Positions 45,185 to 58,027 are shown, counted from the first letter of the stretch. The stretch is DNA of 64,000 nucleotides from Prasinococcaceae sp. CCMP 1430 (GCA_013416795.1 RQSC01000032.1:517704-581703), one strand, 5' to 3'. The notes: generated by a model not told the origin, from the sequence alone. Program-made: numbers and translations.

Positions 45185-45242
45185 TTTCGAGCGCTCGCGT
45201 GCCGCGCTCGCGAGGCGGCCGCCGGCGGGGGGGCGCGCGCGT

Positions 45243-47060
45243 GTGTGCGTGCGCGGGCCTAGTCGCACCGTGTCTGGCACGAGGACTCTGGCGGCGCGCG
45301 CAGAGGCGGGGGGGCTGCCGCGCGAGGCGATCGTGGGCGTCCTCGGCGGTGGTCAGCTGGGCCGCATGGCGGCGCTCGCGGCCGCGCCGATGGGCGTGAA
45401 GCTCGCGTTCCTCGACCCGGCCGGCGATGAGTGCTCGGCGGCGTGCTGCGCGGCCTTCGTGCAGAAGGGCTCCTTCCGCGACGCGGAGCAGATTGCCGAG
45501 TTCGCCAAGAAGGTCGATGTGCTCACGGTGGAGATCGAGCACGTCGACTGCGACGCGCTCGAGGCGGCCGCCGCTCAGGCGGACGTGGAAGTCCATCCGT
45601 CGCCGGCGACCATCCGCATCATCCAGGACAAGTGCGCGCAGAAGGAGTACTTTGAGGCGGCCGGCGTGCCGCTGCCGCGCTACCGCTCCGTCGCCAACAC
45701 TGAGGAGCTGCGCGAGGCCGCGGCCGACTTCGGAATGCCGCTGATGATCAAGGCGAAGCGCCTGGCATACGATGGCCGAGGCAACGCCGTCGCGAAGAGC
45801 GCAGCCGAGCTTGAGTCGGCGGTGGAGTCCCTGGGCGGCTTCGAGACAGGGCTGTACGTCGAGCAGTGGGCGCCCTTCGTCTCGGAGCTCGCGGTGATGG
45901 TTGTGCGCGGCGCCGGCGGCGAGGCGGCGAGCTACCCCGTGGTAGAGACGCGCCACGAGAACTCTATTCTGGACACGGTGGAGGCGCCGGCGGCGGTGCC
46001 GCATAAGGTGGCGCGCAAGGCGCGCAAGGCGGCGGAGATGGCCATCAAGGCGCTTCCCGACGGCGCGCGCGGCATCTACGGCGTGGAGCTCTTCCTCATG
46101 CCCGATGGCGAGGTGCTGCTCAACGAGGTGGCGCCGCGGCCGCACAACTCGGGCCACTACACCATCGAGGCGTGCCAGTGCTCCCAATTCGAGAACCACG
46201 TGCGCGCGGTGCTGGGATGGCCGCTCGGCTCGACTGACATGCAGGTCGGCGGGGCGGTGATGTACAACATCCTCGGCGAGGCGCAGGACTCCACGGAGGG
46301 CGCCCGCATCGCCGAGGCGACGCTCGGCGCCGCGCTCGCGACGCCCGGCACGGCCACGCACTGGTACGACAAAGGCGAGGTGCGCTTCGCGCGCAAGATG
46401 GGCCACATCACCACGGTGGGCCACACCATGGCCGAGGCCCGCGCGTCACTGGCGGCCGTGCGCGCTCGCCGCGAGGCGGTCCTCGCCGGCGGCGCGGCGT
46501 CAGACGCGCAGACGGAGAGCGTGCACACCGCAGCGCCCATGGTGGGCATCATAATGGGCAGCGACAGCGACCTTCCCACCATGCGCGCGGCCGCCGAGGC
46601 GCTCGACGAGCTCGGCGTCGGCTGCGAGGTGACCATCGTGAGCGCGCACCGTACGCCCGAGCGCATGTTCGAGTACGCACGCTCCGCGGCCGCCCGCGGC
46701 CTGCGTTGCATCATCGCTGGCGCGGGCGGTGCCGCCCACCTGCCGGGCATGGTGGCAGCCATGACGCCGCTGCCGGTGATCGGCGTGCCCTGCACGCCCT
46801 CAACCGCCGCGGGCCTGTCGGGCGTGGACGCAGCGCTCAGCATCCTGCAAATGCCCAAGGGCGTGCCGGTGGCGACGGTCGCCATTGGCAACGCCGCCAA
46901 TGCTGGTCTTCTGGCGGCGCGCATCGTGGGCGCGGTCGACCCCGCCGTGAGGGAGGCCATGGAGCGTTACCAGGACAACATGGAGAGAACTGTGCTGGTG
47001 AAGGCGGAGGCGCTGAACGAGGAGGGCTATTCCGACTACCTGGAGAAGCGCGGCATGTGA
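45243..47060 (+). CDS. ADE2: Phosphoribosylaminoimidazole carboxylase, PurK-PurE fusion (ADE2 type; ATG not located)
   Basis: Motifs [60 protein letters not shown] and [11 protein letters not shown]. Confidence 0.96.
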   Translation: MCVRGPSRTVSGTRTLAARAEAGGLPREAIVGVLGGGQLGRMAALAAAPMGVKLAFLDPAGDECSAACCAAFVQKGSFRDAEQIAEFAKKVDVLTVEIEHVDCDALEAAAAQADVEVHPSPATIRIIQDKCAQKEYFEAAGVPLPRYRSVANTEELREAAADFGMPLMIKAKRLAYDGRGNAVAKSAAELESAVESLGGFETGLYVEQWAPFVSELAVMVVRGAGGEAASYPVVETRHENSILDTVEAPAAVPHKVARKARKAAEMAIKALPDGARGIYGVELFLMPDGEVLLNEVAPRPHNSGHYTIEACQCSQFENHVRAVLGWPLGSTDMQVGGAVMYNILGEAQDSTEGARIAEATLGAALATPGTATHWYDKGEVRFARKMGHITTVGHTMAEARASLAAVRARREAVLAGGAASDAQTESVHTAAPMVGIIMGSDSDLPTMRAAAEALDELGVGCEVTIVSAHRTPERMFEYARSAAARGLRCIIAGAGGAAHLPGMVAAMTPLPVIGVPCTPSTAAGLSGVDAALSILQMPKGVPVATVAIGNAANAGLLAARIVGAVDPAVREAMERYQDNMERTVLVKAEALNEEGYSDYLEKRGM

Positions 47061-47243
47061 CGTCTCTAGTGGCGGGTGAAGGCGCCAGCTGTGGGCAATC
47101 GACGGCGGTAATTATAGTAGCCACGGCGGCACTCTTAGCTTACTGGCGATTTGGAGCTGCGCTGCAGATGACGGGCTCGCCGACCGACCAAACGTGCGCG
47201 CGCGTGGGTGTGGCGCAAGCGGCGGCGTGTCCGGGCGGGCCGC

Positions 47244-48182
47244 TCATAGCACCACGTAGAAGGGATTTGGCATCTTGAAGGCCTTGACGGACGCGTCGGT
47301 GCCGGTGAGGTCGCTGAATTGGTCGCCCACGGTCGCCGCCACCGTCGCGCTGAACTCGGCGGCAAGCGCCGCGCGCGCGCGCGTTTTGTATGTGGACGCG
47401 TACTCCTCGTCCGGCTCATCGGCTGTCTCACGGAGCACGAGTTTGGCATAGCACGGCTGGGCTGGCGCCTCGCCTTGCTGCGCGGCGCTGCCGCTGCCGC
47501 ACCGCGGCGCATCGGCCGCACACGCATCCCCAAGCCCGGCTGTCTGGAGGTTCCGCTCTGTTGCATTCCGGTGGACGCTGTGCCTGCCTGTCACGAACGC
47601 GACCGTGTAGCCGCGGTGCCACAGCGCAGCATACGCATCAGCAATGGGCTGGAGGGCGGGCGCGGCGGCTTCTTCCACCCACTCGTTCCATGTGTCCTTT
47701 TCATACCCGAAGTCGAGTTCGACCATCACTTTCAGATTGGACAGCACCGTCTCGTCGATGTCGAAGACGACAATCGACGCACAGTCGGCCGCTGGCGCCG
47801 TCCCCCAGGTGCTCAGGTCCGTGCCGACTGTTTCGACCGCGTCGGCGTACGCGCCGCCGCCGCTCTGTGAGGACTCGCTGTAGCCCGAGTACTCCATGAG
47901 CGTGGAGACGCAGGCGGACAGGACGGGCCATTCGGGCCCACCGTGAGGCACCAGGCAGTTCTCGTCTATGGTGCCCCCGGGGGCGGGCGCAGCGTTCGCG
48001 CGCGCGTAGGCCGCGCCCGCGAGGAAGAGCACGACCGCACCGCCCGCCGCCGCCGCCGCCACGGCAATCGCGCGCCTCTGCCCGCCCCGCCCGCGGCGCG
48101 CGCCGAGCTCGATGACGACGTCGTCGTCGACGTCGAACCCGTCCAGCTCCGAGAAGGCGCGCGGCCGTCCCGAGGTGTCCAT
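47244..48182 (-). CDS. HAD-superfamily class B (IIIB) acid phosphatase with an N-terminal membrane anchor
   Basis: Motifs VFDIDETVLSN, FVTGR, YK...R, VGDQFSDL and FKMPNPFY. Type II TM near the N-terminus. Confidence 0.9.
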   Translation of the reverse strand: MDTSGRPRAFSELDGFDVDDDVVIELGARRGRGGQRRAIAVAAAAAGGAVVLFLAGAAYARANAAPAPGGTIDENCLVPHGGPEWPVLSACVSTLMEYSGYSESSQSGGGAYADAVETVGTDLSTWGTAPAADCASIVVFDIDETVLSNLKVMVELDFGYEKDTWNEWVEEAAAPALQPIADAYAALWHRGYTVAFVTGRHSVHRNATERNLQTAGLGDACAADAPRCGSGSAAQQGEAPAQPCYAKLVLRETADEPDEEYASTYKTRARAALAAEFSATVAATVGDQFSDLTGTDASVKAFKMPNPFYVVL

Positions 48183-48586
48183 CCCAGCCCAAGCAGACGG
48201 CCCCGCTGGGCCACCCGCGCGACACCGGCGCTGTGGCACAGAGATGCTGCGGTCAATTCGGCGCCCGCCGCAGCAAAATTCTTCGCCGCGCGGGTGCGGT
48301 TCTCGCCGCAGACAAACCCAAACCACACCCACATCATGGACACATTGCAATGAATGCCCCTGGTTGGACCCTCTATGTTTAGGGTCGCCATGGCCCGCCG
48401 TGCCGCACGCGCGGTGCGCGAACACGCGCGGGCGGCGCGGGCGCGCTGGGCATGGCCGAGACGGGGGGGCGGGAACGACGAATGCTGCCACGCGCGGCGC
48501 GGCGCCCCTCCCGACACGCGCGCGCCGTGGCGCACGCGGACGTGTATGATGTTATACATGTGGTCACACCGCGGCCCGCGCGGCGC

Positions 48587-50016
48587 TCACTTCTTGGCCG
48601 GCGGTGCGATTCGGGCCATGCCGCCCATGAAGGGCTGCAGCGCGGCAGGGATGTCGACGGTGCCGTCCTCCTGCTGGAAGTTCTCCAGGATGCAGATGAT
48701 CATACGCGGCACGGCGCACGCCGTGGCGTTCAGCGTGTGCACGAAACGCGTGGGCACCTTGGCCTTCTTCTTCTTGCCCTTGCCCCCCTCCTGCCCCTTG
48801 GCAGCCGCCGCCGCCTCGCTGTCCGCCCCTGGCCTGTAGCGGATGTTGAGCCTGCGCGCCTGGAAATCGGTGCAGTTGGATGCCGAGCTGATCTCACCGT
48901 ACCGGTCGAGGCCAGGCATCCACGCCTCCACGTCGTACTTGCGGTAGGCAGGCGCACCCAGGTCCCCAGAGGGCATGTCAAGCACCTTGAAATGCAGGCC
49001 GAGCTCGTCGAACATCTCCTTCTCGAGCTCGATGAGCTCCTCGTGGATGGCCTCCGACTGCTCCGGCGTGGCGAGCACGAACATCTCAACCTTCGAGAAC
49101 TGGTGCACGCGGTAAAGGCCCTTGGTCGCGGCGCCCGCGGCTCCCGCCTCGGTGCGGAAGCAGTGGCCAAATGCGGCCATGCGCACGGGCAGGTCCGCCT
49201 CCTCGAGGATCTTGTCCGCGTACAGGCCGCCGAGCGGAATTTCGGCGGTGCCCGCGAGGCACAGGTCGCTGTTCTCGATGGAGTAAACTTGCGTGTTGGC
49301 CATCCGCGGCTGAAAGCCGCACTTCTCGACGGCGGTGTCTCGCACCAGGTCGGGCGTCGTGAGCAGCGTGAAGCCCTTCGCCGCGCACTTGGCCATCGCG
49401 TAGTTCACCAGCGCGAGCTCGAGCATCGCCGCGGCGTTCTTCAGATAATAGAACTTCGAGCCGGACACCTCGGCGGCCGCCTCGAAGTCGACCAGGTCGA
49501 GCATCTCGGCGACCTCGACGTGCGTTCGGTGCTCGAAGCCGAATTCGCGCTGCTCACCCACCACCTCGCGCACGGCAGTGGCCTCCTCCTCGCTGCCGCG
49601 CGGCACATCCGGGTGCGTCATGTTGGGCACCTTAGAACCCTCGACGTCGAGGCGCACGCGGATGGCATCACACTCTCCCTCGAGCTCAGCCAGCTTCTTC
49701 TTGATGGCGGAGCCGCGCGCGATGAGCTCGTCGCGCGCCTCTTGCTCCATGGGCCCCTTCATGGACTTCGCCACGCTGTTGCGCTCCTCCTGCAGCTCCT
49801 GCACCGCTGCGCGCGCCTGCAGCCACTCCTCGTACAGCGCCGCCACGAGCCGCACGTCGACCGCAGTCGAGCGCTCGGCCGCGTTGGCCTCGACGGCTTC
49901 GAGGTTGTCGCGGATGAACTTGTAGTCGACGTGCGCCCGCCACTTGGGCGCGGCGGGCGCCTGCGCCTGCACCGCCGCCGCTTCCCCGACCTCCGCGACC
50001 GCCGCTGCCGCCGCGG

Positions 50017-50071
<55 letters not shown>

Positions 50072-50164
50072 GGAGGGGCGCTCGCGGCGAAATCCCCATC
50101 CGCACGTGCGTGTCTGCGCGGGCGGCCGTCCGTGCGTGAGGGCGCGGGTGCGCGCGGTGCGCAT
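48587..50164 (-). CDS. Seryl-tRNA synthetase, organellar (bacterial-like) type
   Basis: VDYKFIRDN coiled-coil arm, then PNMTHPDVP, GTAEIPL, FRTEAG, GLYRVHQFSKVE, EISSASNCTDFQARRL and HTLNATACA. The 5' end is disturbed by a 52-nt A run. Confidence 0.95.
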
Positions 50165-50560
50165 GCCGGCTGATGGCGACGACTGGGGTTGAGGTTGGGG
50201 GTTCCACGCGGCGGCGGGCGCGCGATTTAGAGTCGCGTCACGCGCATCGCGCGTGGCATCGGATGAGCGTCTGATTCCGGACGTGGTGGGTCTGCAGGGT
50301 CTATAAAAGTGGCGTCGGCATATCAGTCCGTTCGATTTGATGGAGGCGTCGTCGAGCACGCGCGCCCATGCGTCACTGCGCGCGCGTGCGCTGCGGGGCG
50401 GGCGGGAGGGCGGGGGCATGGGCGGCGCTGGCGCGTACGCGGACAAATTCTCTTCGGCCGTCTGCGGGGCGGGCGGGAGGGCGGGGACAGGGGAGGGGGG
50501 CGCGGTGGCCGCGGGCGGCCGCGGGCGCTCGCAGCGCTGGGCGTCGGCCGGGCCGGAGCC

Positions 50561-52336
50561 ATGAGCTCGATGCGTGCCTGGTCCAAGCAGGCTGTGCAGG
50601 GTGGCGGCAGCGGCGGCGGCGGCAAGGATGGCTCGAAGACGGAGCGCGTGCGCGTGGCGAGGTACTTCGCGGGGAAGCGCCCTGACTGGGCACACGAGGA
50701 CGGCGATGGCGCGGCCGAGGGGGGGGCGTTCCCGAGGCAGGGGGGGGCAGGGGGGGAACATGCGCCGCCTCAGGCCGCTCCTGGTGGGGCAGCTGGTGGG
50801 CACGTCCTGCAAGTGGACGCTGCGGGCGCAGGTGTACCCGACGCGCCGGTCGCGCCGCGCGTGCTGAGAAAGAGCGGCGCGGACGCGGGTGCGGGCGCAG
50901 CAGGCGGGCGCGCACGGCGCGCGGGGCCCATAGAGAGCGACTCCGACTCGGACTCGGACGGCGAGATGGAACGCCGGCGCGCGCGAGCGCGCGCCCGCGC
51001 CGCGGGTTCGGCGTCCGCAGCCGCGGGGGCACCCGCCGCGGTCATGGGCGAGCTGCCTGCTGCCGCGGTCCCTGTTGCCGCCGCGGCTGCTGGCGTGCAT
51101 GCTGTGCAGCCTGGCCGCCCCGGGGCTGAGTCGGAATCGGAGTCGGGCGCGGAGAGCGGCAGCGACGAGAGCGGCTCCTCCTCGGGCTCCGAGTATGAGA
51201 CAGACTCCGAGGACGATGAGGAGGGCTGGTTCGGTGGCACGCGCGCGATGGCGAAGCCTGTCTTCGTCGGTCGCGACCAGCGAGCGACTGTGCGCGAGCG
51301 CGAGGCAGCAGAAGCGGCGGCCGCGGCGGCGGCCGGGCTCGAGGAGACGCGCAAGAAGGAGCGGCAAGAGGAAACGCGGCGGCAGGTCATCGAGGAAATC
51401 CGTCGCGAGGAAGCCGCCGCCCAGCGCATGGCCGCGGAGGATGCGGCAGAAGTTGACACTGACGACGAGGCGGCAGACGCCGACGAGGAATTCGAGCTGT
51501 GGCGCCAGCGCGAGCTTGCGCGGCTCATGGAGGACTTTGAGTCGATGCTCAAGGTGGAGAGGGCGCGCGAAGAGGTGGAGCGCGTTCGCGACATGGACGA
51601 CGAAACGCGACGGGCCTACGAGAAGGTCATGAAGGAGCGCGAGGGTGGTGGCGGCGGCGCAGAGGGCGGCGCCAAGCCGAAGATCGGCTTCCTGCAGAAG
51701 TATTACCACAAGGGCGCGTTCTTCCAATCCGGCGCGGATGACAGTATGCAGGTATGCATTCCTCAGCGCGCGCTGAGTGGCGTGTGCACGCGTGTGTGTG
51801 GTATGAGGCACGGCCGGGCGCGCGATGGCAGCCGCAATGCGCGCACAAATCCGACTACGCGCAGCTCGCTGACCGGAGCTGGTCGCGCCGCTCTCTTGAT
51901 AGGCCGAAGTGGACACCGAAATTTTCAAGCGCGACTTCACAGCCCCCACTGGCATGGATAAGATGGACAGATCGATGCTGCCCGAGGTGATGCAGGTTAA
52001 AAACTTTGGCAAGGCGTCGCGCTCGAAGTGGACGGTGCGTGCGCTTGGCCGCGACGCGGCTGCGGGCGGGCACGCTGCGCAGACGCGTGTCACGTTCTGA
52101 CACAATCAGCCTGCGCCATCTCACGCGCGCCTATCCCGACGCCCCCGGCCCCGTCTCGCACCTTGCAGCATCTGGCGAACGAGGACACCAGCCGCTTGCA
52201 GGACAAGGACTATCGGTGGGGAGGCGCGATGCGTCGCGATGCGCGCGACCGCAACTATGAGCAGCGCCGCGCGGGCATCACAGACGGTGGGCGCGGTGGC
52301 ATGGACCGCCCCAGCGCGAAGCGCCCGCGAAGATAG
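50561..52336 (+). CDS. MFAP1: Splicing factor MFAP1 (Spp381 homolog)
   Basis: Motifs [15 protein letters not shown]...[32 protein letters not shown] and KWTHL..EDT. Introns 51752-51902 and 52035-52168. Confidence 0.93.
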
Positions 52337-52393
52337 TCAATGTATGGTACAGCATTTTCACAACGTCTCCAATGGCGGCCCCGCGATGCGCTC

Positions 52394-53551
52394 TCACGCC
52401 GCGCGAGCCACGGCGCCTCTAATGGTCGCGATGAGCGCCGCGCCGCTGTCGCACACATCGTTAATTTCGACGAGAGAGACGCCGCTCGATACGTCGAGGT
52501 CGCCGCTGACGACGCGCGCGACCGTCAGCGCATTGAGGCGCGAGCGGTGCTCGTCGAGTAGCAACGACGAGCCAGCCAGCTCTCCAAGCGCCACCGAATC
52601 TGGGCTCTCCTGCCACAGTATCTGCGTGGCCCACAACCGCCCGTCGCCGGGCGGGCCGCCGGCGACGGTCTCATTTTGGTAGGCCCACATGCGTTCGAGT
52701 GGATAGCCTCGTGTTGGAGAGTCATCGTAGCACGCGTAGTGCCAGGCACCAGTAGCGGCGCTCGAGGCCTGAGCGTTCGCGTCCGCCGATCCATCGAAAC
52801 CGCTACACGCTATAGAGGAGTCGTAGTGCATCTCCCAGCAATCGAAGAGGGCGAGGACGGCGCCCCCGCCGGGAAGCGCCGCGCGCTCCACAGCTTCTGC
52901 AACAGTCACACCGCGCAGCTCATCACAAGCATCACTTGTGACGTATGAGATGTTGCGCTGTCCTAGCAGACGCTTTGCTTCGGCGACGCACGCATCGCCG
53001 CCATCGCAATCGGTGATGGCAAGCACGATGAAGGCGTCCGCCGCGCTCTCCGCCGCGGTGACTCGAGGACTACTGCTGCGCGCAGCCCACTCGACCATCT
53101 CATCCAGCGCCTCCCCCATGCTCTTGGGGATGGAAACGCCACCGTGATGCATGTGCAACTCGCCTGTGTGCGCATCCAGCGCTGGCCGCCAATCAAAGGC
53201 GCGGGCCCCGCAGCCGAGGAGGCGCGCCATGCCACCCGCGGGTTGCGTCACGGACCACCGACGCACGACGGGGGACAAACCCACGCCCTTGCCCTCGCGC
53301 TCGCCCTCATCATCGCCCGTGGCATCCGCAGCGATGTACGTCGTCGCAGCGTCGTGCGCCATCAGGAGCGGCCAGAGGTCGAGCGGCGTCGCATGCGGGT
53401 CGAGACGTGCTTCGCGGGCGCGCACGCTCCTTGCGATTGCGTCCGGCGCCGCGAGGTACGCTGCGCTTGCGTGCGGCGCTATCGCACGTGCGCTCGCACA
53501 TAGCAGAGAGGCGCACGTGCACAGCACGCGCTGACGCCACCCCGACACCAT
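52394..53551 (-). CDS. Secreted PI-PLC-X-like (PLC-like phosphodiesterase) protein
   Basis: Signal peptide, then AHDAAT, WSVTQ, LL..GARAFDWRP and HHG, which resemble the PI-PLC X-box catalytic motifs. Confidence 0.65.
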   Translation of the reverse strand: MVSGWRQRVLCTCASLLCASARAIAPHASAAYLAAPDAIARSVRAREARLDPHATPLDLWPLLMAHDAATTYIAADATGDDEGEREGKGVGLSPVVRRWSVTQPAGGMARLLGCGARAFDWRPALDAHTGELHMHHGGVSIPKSMGEALDEMVEWAARSSSPRVTAAESAADAFIVLAITDCDGGDACVAEAKRLLGQRNISYVTSDACDELRGVTVAEAVERAALPGGGAVLALFDCWEMHYDSSIACSGFDGSADANAQASSAATGAWHYACYDDSPTRGYPLERMWAYQNETVAGGPPGDGRLWATQILWQESPDSVALGELAGSSLLLDEHRSRLNALTVARVVSGDLDVSSGVSLVEINDVCDSGAALIATIRGAVARAA

Positions 53552-53781
53552 CCATGCAGCGCCCCCCCCCCCAAACCCGCAACCCCGACTCCAGGGTCGC
53601 CGAGCGGCGCCGGTCTGGCACCGCATTGCTGCGCGGCGCGTTTAAGGCGGCGTCTGCTCTGGGGTGCCACATCGCCCGCCCGTCTAGCTGGCGCGGCGCG
53701 GGGGTGCGGTGGTGACAGCTGCCAGAGGGCGCGTTGCGGCCGCTGGCGGCGCGAGTCGCGCAGCGCCGCTGCCCGCGTGCC

Positions 53782-55514
53782 ATGATGTCGGCTGCGCGCT
53801 CCTGCTCACGGCGCGCTGCGCTGGTCGCCGTGCTCGCAAGCGCACTGCAGCACTTCAAGCCCAGCGAGCCCTTTCTCTTGCCTTATCTCGTTCGCTCGCT
53901 CGGCGTGAGCGAGGACGAGATCGGCGCGCGTGTCTTCCCCGTATACTCGTACGCTGCTTTCGGAGCGATGCTCGCACTGCCGGCAGCCGACGCAGCTGCG
54001 CGCGCTGCCGGGGCGGGGTACAAGTCACTGCTCGTGGTGTGTGCAGCGTCCCGCCTCGGCACGCGGGCGCTGCTGATCTTCGGCGCGTCTGACGTGCGGC
54101 TCATGCAGATCATGCAAGTTATGTACGGCATCAGCGAAGCCACGAACGTGGTCACACTGTGCTACCTGTACCGCGTTCTGCCTGTGCGCGCGTTCGCCGA
54201 CGCGACCGCTGCTACCGGCGCTGCGGGAGCGGTGAGCTACGTCATCGCGGCTGAGCTCGGCCAGCTCATGATTGGGGGCGGTCGAAGCGATAATAACGAG
54301 AGCGGCGGCAAGGCAGACGCGACGCACTACCTTCCACTGTTTTGGGTGTCCTTTGCCGCCGTCGCTGCAGGGCTGGTGCTCACACTGCTGCTGCCAGGTG
54401 ACGCCGAGCGCAGCGCCGCTGAAGACGTCGCGCTCGCCGGGACTCCGCTCGGCGAGCAACGAGTTCCCGCAGGCACAATGGTGGATGCTGGCCAGGTGCG
54501 CGCTGGCTGTGACAGCCAGCATGGCGTGCGGCCACCCCTACCGGCGCGGCTGCGCGCGCTATACTCTCCAACGCGCGTGCGGCTGCTCTCACTTTGGTGG
54601 GCGCTCGCGTTGGCTGTGCTCGGCGTGGCGGAGAACTTCTCGACGAACATGTTGTGCGCCGTCGATGCAGGCACGTGTGAGACGCAGAGCGGGCACTTGA
54701 CCGCGGTCGCACGCATCGGCACGGCGGTATGCTCGCTGGCGGCCGCCAGATTGGCCGTACCACGGCTCGAGAAGTCGACATCGGCGATCGTCGCTGTGCT
54801 GTTAGGCGGGTGCGTTTGTGCGCGCGCATGCGCGCATGCGTGCCCCGGCGGGCGAGCGCACGCGCGCGCGCGCGCGCGCATGTGGCGTACGCTGACTGAG
54901 AGCGTGGCCTGCATGCGCATGCTCGCGCTCGTTCGCGCAGTCTTTTCGCCATGGGATCCCTTTTGCTTGCGTCAGGAGCTGCCAATGGCGTGCTCGAGTT
55001 CGCATGCGCGTACGTGGGCACACTTGGCGTGAGCCACGCACTACAGACGTGCGTGTTCAGCCTCAGCGCAGTGGCTGCGAGCGGTGTAGGTGACTACATC
55101 GCTCTCTTCAGCATAAATACGGCAGCTGCGCTGGGCGTCGGCGCGGCGCTTACAGCAGTGCTCGAGGTGCGCGGCGCCTTGCCCTCCCACCCCACCCGCC
55201 CTCCCTCTATCCCGCACATTTCCCGGCACTCGCGCCGACACATCGCTGACCACTCGCATACGCGCACGCAGGGCTCGCTCGCTCTCTCAGCCCGCGGCCT
55301 CTATAGCGCGCTCGGCGCGTGCTGCGTTGTGCTGGCGGTCGGCACGGCTGTCCCAGCTGCCTGGTGGGGGCGCCGACGCAGGTCGCAAGGTTTCGTCGCT
55401 CTCGACGAAGTCGAGTGCGGGGGCATTGAGAGCGGCGCGACCGAAGACCCTGCCGACGAGGCTGCGGCGAGCGAGCTCATGTCAGCCCATGGCTCCTTGG
55501 CTGAATCACCTTAA
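53782..55514 (+). CDS. SLC19 (reduced-folate / thiamine carrier) family MFS transporter
   Basis: FKPSEPFLLPYL, VFPVYSY and LMQIMQVMYG..EAT..YLY match the SLC19 N-terminal signatures, with many TM segments. Introns 54810-54940 and 55167-55271. Confidence 0.8.
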
Positions 55515-55608
55515 TCTCTCTACAGAGAGCCAGCTACTCTCTCGAGAGCCAGTGTACAAGCTACTGTAAAATTAACATGTACAACATCCATCCTGCAGTC
55601 CCCGCGCT

Positions 55609-57595
55609 TCAGCGCAATGCCGCCGCAGCTCCATGCGTGGAGGCGCCCAATTCGCCCATGTCACTGAGCGTGCTGAGCACGCTGACACCCTCGAAGCATG
55701 AAGGCACGGGTGACGTACCGCGCACGGCTCGGCCGCTCGCCACGCCCTCGCAAAAATACTGCGGCTCGTCCCACCAGCCGTGTGACAGAGTGTTCTCACC
55801 CGCAAGCGCGCTCGCCCGCACTTCCAGGGCGCGAGCGTCTTCTCCGCCGTACGCACGCACCAAGTCGCCACCCTGCGCCGCCTGCGGTCGGACGGTGTCA
55901 ATAGGCACGCCAGCAACATACGTTGTAAAGTGTCAGGCACTCGCTCGCGTGTACGCTTGCGCGCTGGCGCGCGCGCACCTCTCGTACCGCCGTGCCCTCG
56001 GACCGGTGCACCTTCACGTTGTCAAAGAGGATGTCCTCCATGGGCGACTCGGAGCTACCGTAGAGAACCCCCGGCGAATGCTTGCGTGGCTCAAGGATAG
56101 ATACATCGCGCAGCGTGATGTTGCGATACAGCCCACCAGCCGGAGGGTCGCACGCCGCGCCAAGCCATGCGAACTCCGGCCAGCAGATTGAGCACGGATG
56201 CGCTGCGCACAGGTCGGAGCTATCAGATTGCTGCGCCGGGCCCATCCACAGCGCCCATTGCTCCGGTCGCTCGATGGTCACGTTCTCAAAGAGCACATCC
56301 TCGACGAGACCAGCCCCCCTGAACTTCAGGTAGATGCCCTTGTACGTGTCAGGCATGACCACGTCTCGGAAGGTGATGTTCCGAACAGTCGAACCGCCTA
56401 TAGAACCAATGGTGAGACCAAGGCCGCTCGCACGAATGCGCTCGAATAGCATGTCCCGACTGTCGTCCTGCGAGGGTTTCATAGGCGCGTCAGCAGGGGA
56501 GCTCACGTCCACATGCACGAACGGACGGGCGTGTGCGAGCCAGCAGGAGCTATCACACACCTTCACACACACACAGTCGTCCTGATTCCACACCTCGCAG
56601 TCGTGGATCCACACGTTGCGCCCCGTCACGTCGAAGCCGTCGGTGTTGAAGGCGGTGAGATCGATGGTCGTGTGCTTTTGTTCGGAGGTGCGACGCGCGT
56701 CGATGCGCGTGTGGCGCACCTCCAGCCCATCCGCACCATGCGCCCAGAAAGTCCAGTACGGCGAGTCTTTGAGCAGCAGGCGCTCTACCAACACCTCGCG
56801 CGGCGAGTCAAGCTCCAGCAGCTTGGGCCGATTCTCGCCGCGCTCGAGGTAACCCACACCAGGCACGCCCCACCTGAGAGGCCCAGCGCGCCGCGGATCG
56901 GCGCAGGCGTCAGCTCGAGGGCGGGTTCGTCCGCACACGCGCGCCCCCGCTCGCTCGCACGCGTGCCTCGACGATCCCAGCGGCGCGCACTGACCATTTG
57001 TCACCTCGACCGTCGAGCACGCCGCCGCCCTCCGTAGCAGACGTGATCGTGACGCCCGTCGCGTTGCGCAGCAGAATGCAGCCGAGCACTGCGTCGGATC
57101 CCGGCGACGTTGGCCACTGATCGAGGTCAGCGTCGAAGACGAGCGTACCATCAATGGAGAGCGTCACTGACTCGAGGTTGTCGCCCACAACGCCGCCCAG
57201 GAAGTGGAAGCTACCCACCACGGAACGGCACTCCACGTCAGCTACAGCGCTCGCATGCTGGCACACCCACTAGCTGGAACTTTCCGCACGCCCACGCACG
57301 AGCCGCTCAGCGCGCGCGGCCCGTCATCGCACCTCGAATTGACGCCCGGCGCGAGCGCCAGCGACGAGCCGGGGGGCAGACGGTCGGTGGAGAGCAGCGT
57401 GTTGAGAAGGTCGCGGTTTGACGTGCGCGTGCTCAGTGAGTCGTCATCCGCGACGCCGCCCTCGGCTGCAAAGTCGAGCGCCGCGGGTGCCTGCACAACC
57501 GCTCGCTCGGCTGCTACCGGAACAGCGAGCGCCGCTGCCGCGAGCGCTGCCGCCGCACACACCGCCGCGGCCCTGACGCCACCCCCCGCCATCAT
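55609..57595 (-). CDS. Secreted glycoside hydrolase family 28 (polygalacturonase-like)
   Basis: Signal peptide, then LDGRGDKWW, SPYW, NTDGFD, QDDC, LTIGS and GIYLK. Introns 57332-57211, 56994-56874, 56560-56468 and 55978-55882 join in frame. Confidence 0.88.
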
Positions 57596-58027
57596 GGCAC
57601 GGCGCGACACCGGATCGCGCCGGATCGTACCGCTCGCCACCCGTGTGGGACCAACCCCACTCTTCCCCCGACACCCCCCTCCCCAACCCCACTTTTACCG
57701 CGCACGCGCGCAAGCAGTCACCCTCTTCCAGCCACCTCCTCTCAGGGCACTCGCACGGCGACCCCCCTCCCAACTCTTACCCTCAGGCCGGCAACCCGGC
57801 GCGCCGCCGTCGCCCGCGCGGCGCGCGCGCTCTGCCAGCGTGGCACCCGCGCACGTGCACCCGCCCGCCTCCGCGCTGCGTCCGCCAAAGTCTGGGTTTC
57901 TCCCCTCTTTGATGAAGGTTGGCACACAGAGTCCCCGTCGAAAAAGCAGAGTTTCGAACCGATTTTCGCTTGGACGTCTGTCGAACGGTCGCTTTGGACG
58001 GCGCGAAGTGGGAGCAACCGGTATTTG

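Noticed and set aside
50019-50070. 52-nt A run giving poly-Phe in SerRS, possibly a retroposed tail
   Set aside because: No target-site duplication or element body is present; an intronic tract or a sequencing/gap-fill artefact is more likely.
53552-55600. TPP riboswitch near the SLC19-like gene
   Set aside because: CTGAGA occurs in intron 1, but the CCTGA...GCG..GG core elements are absent.
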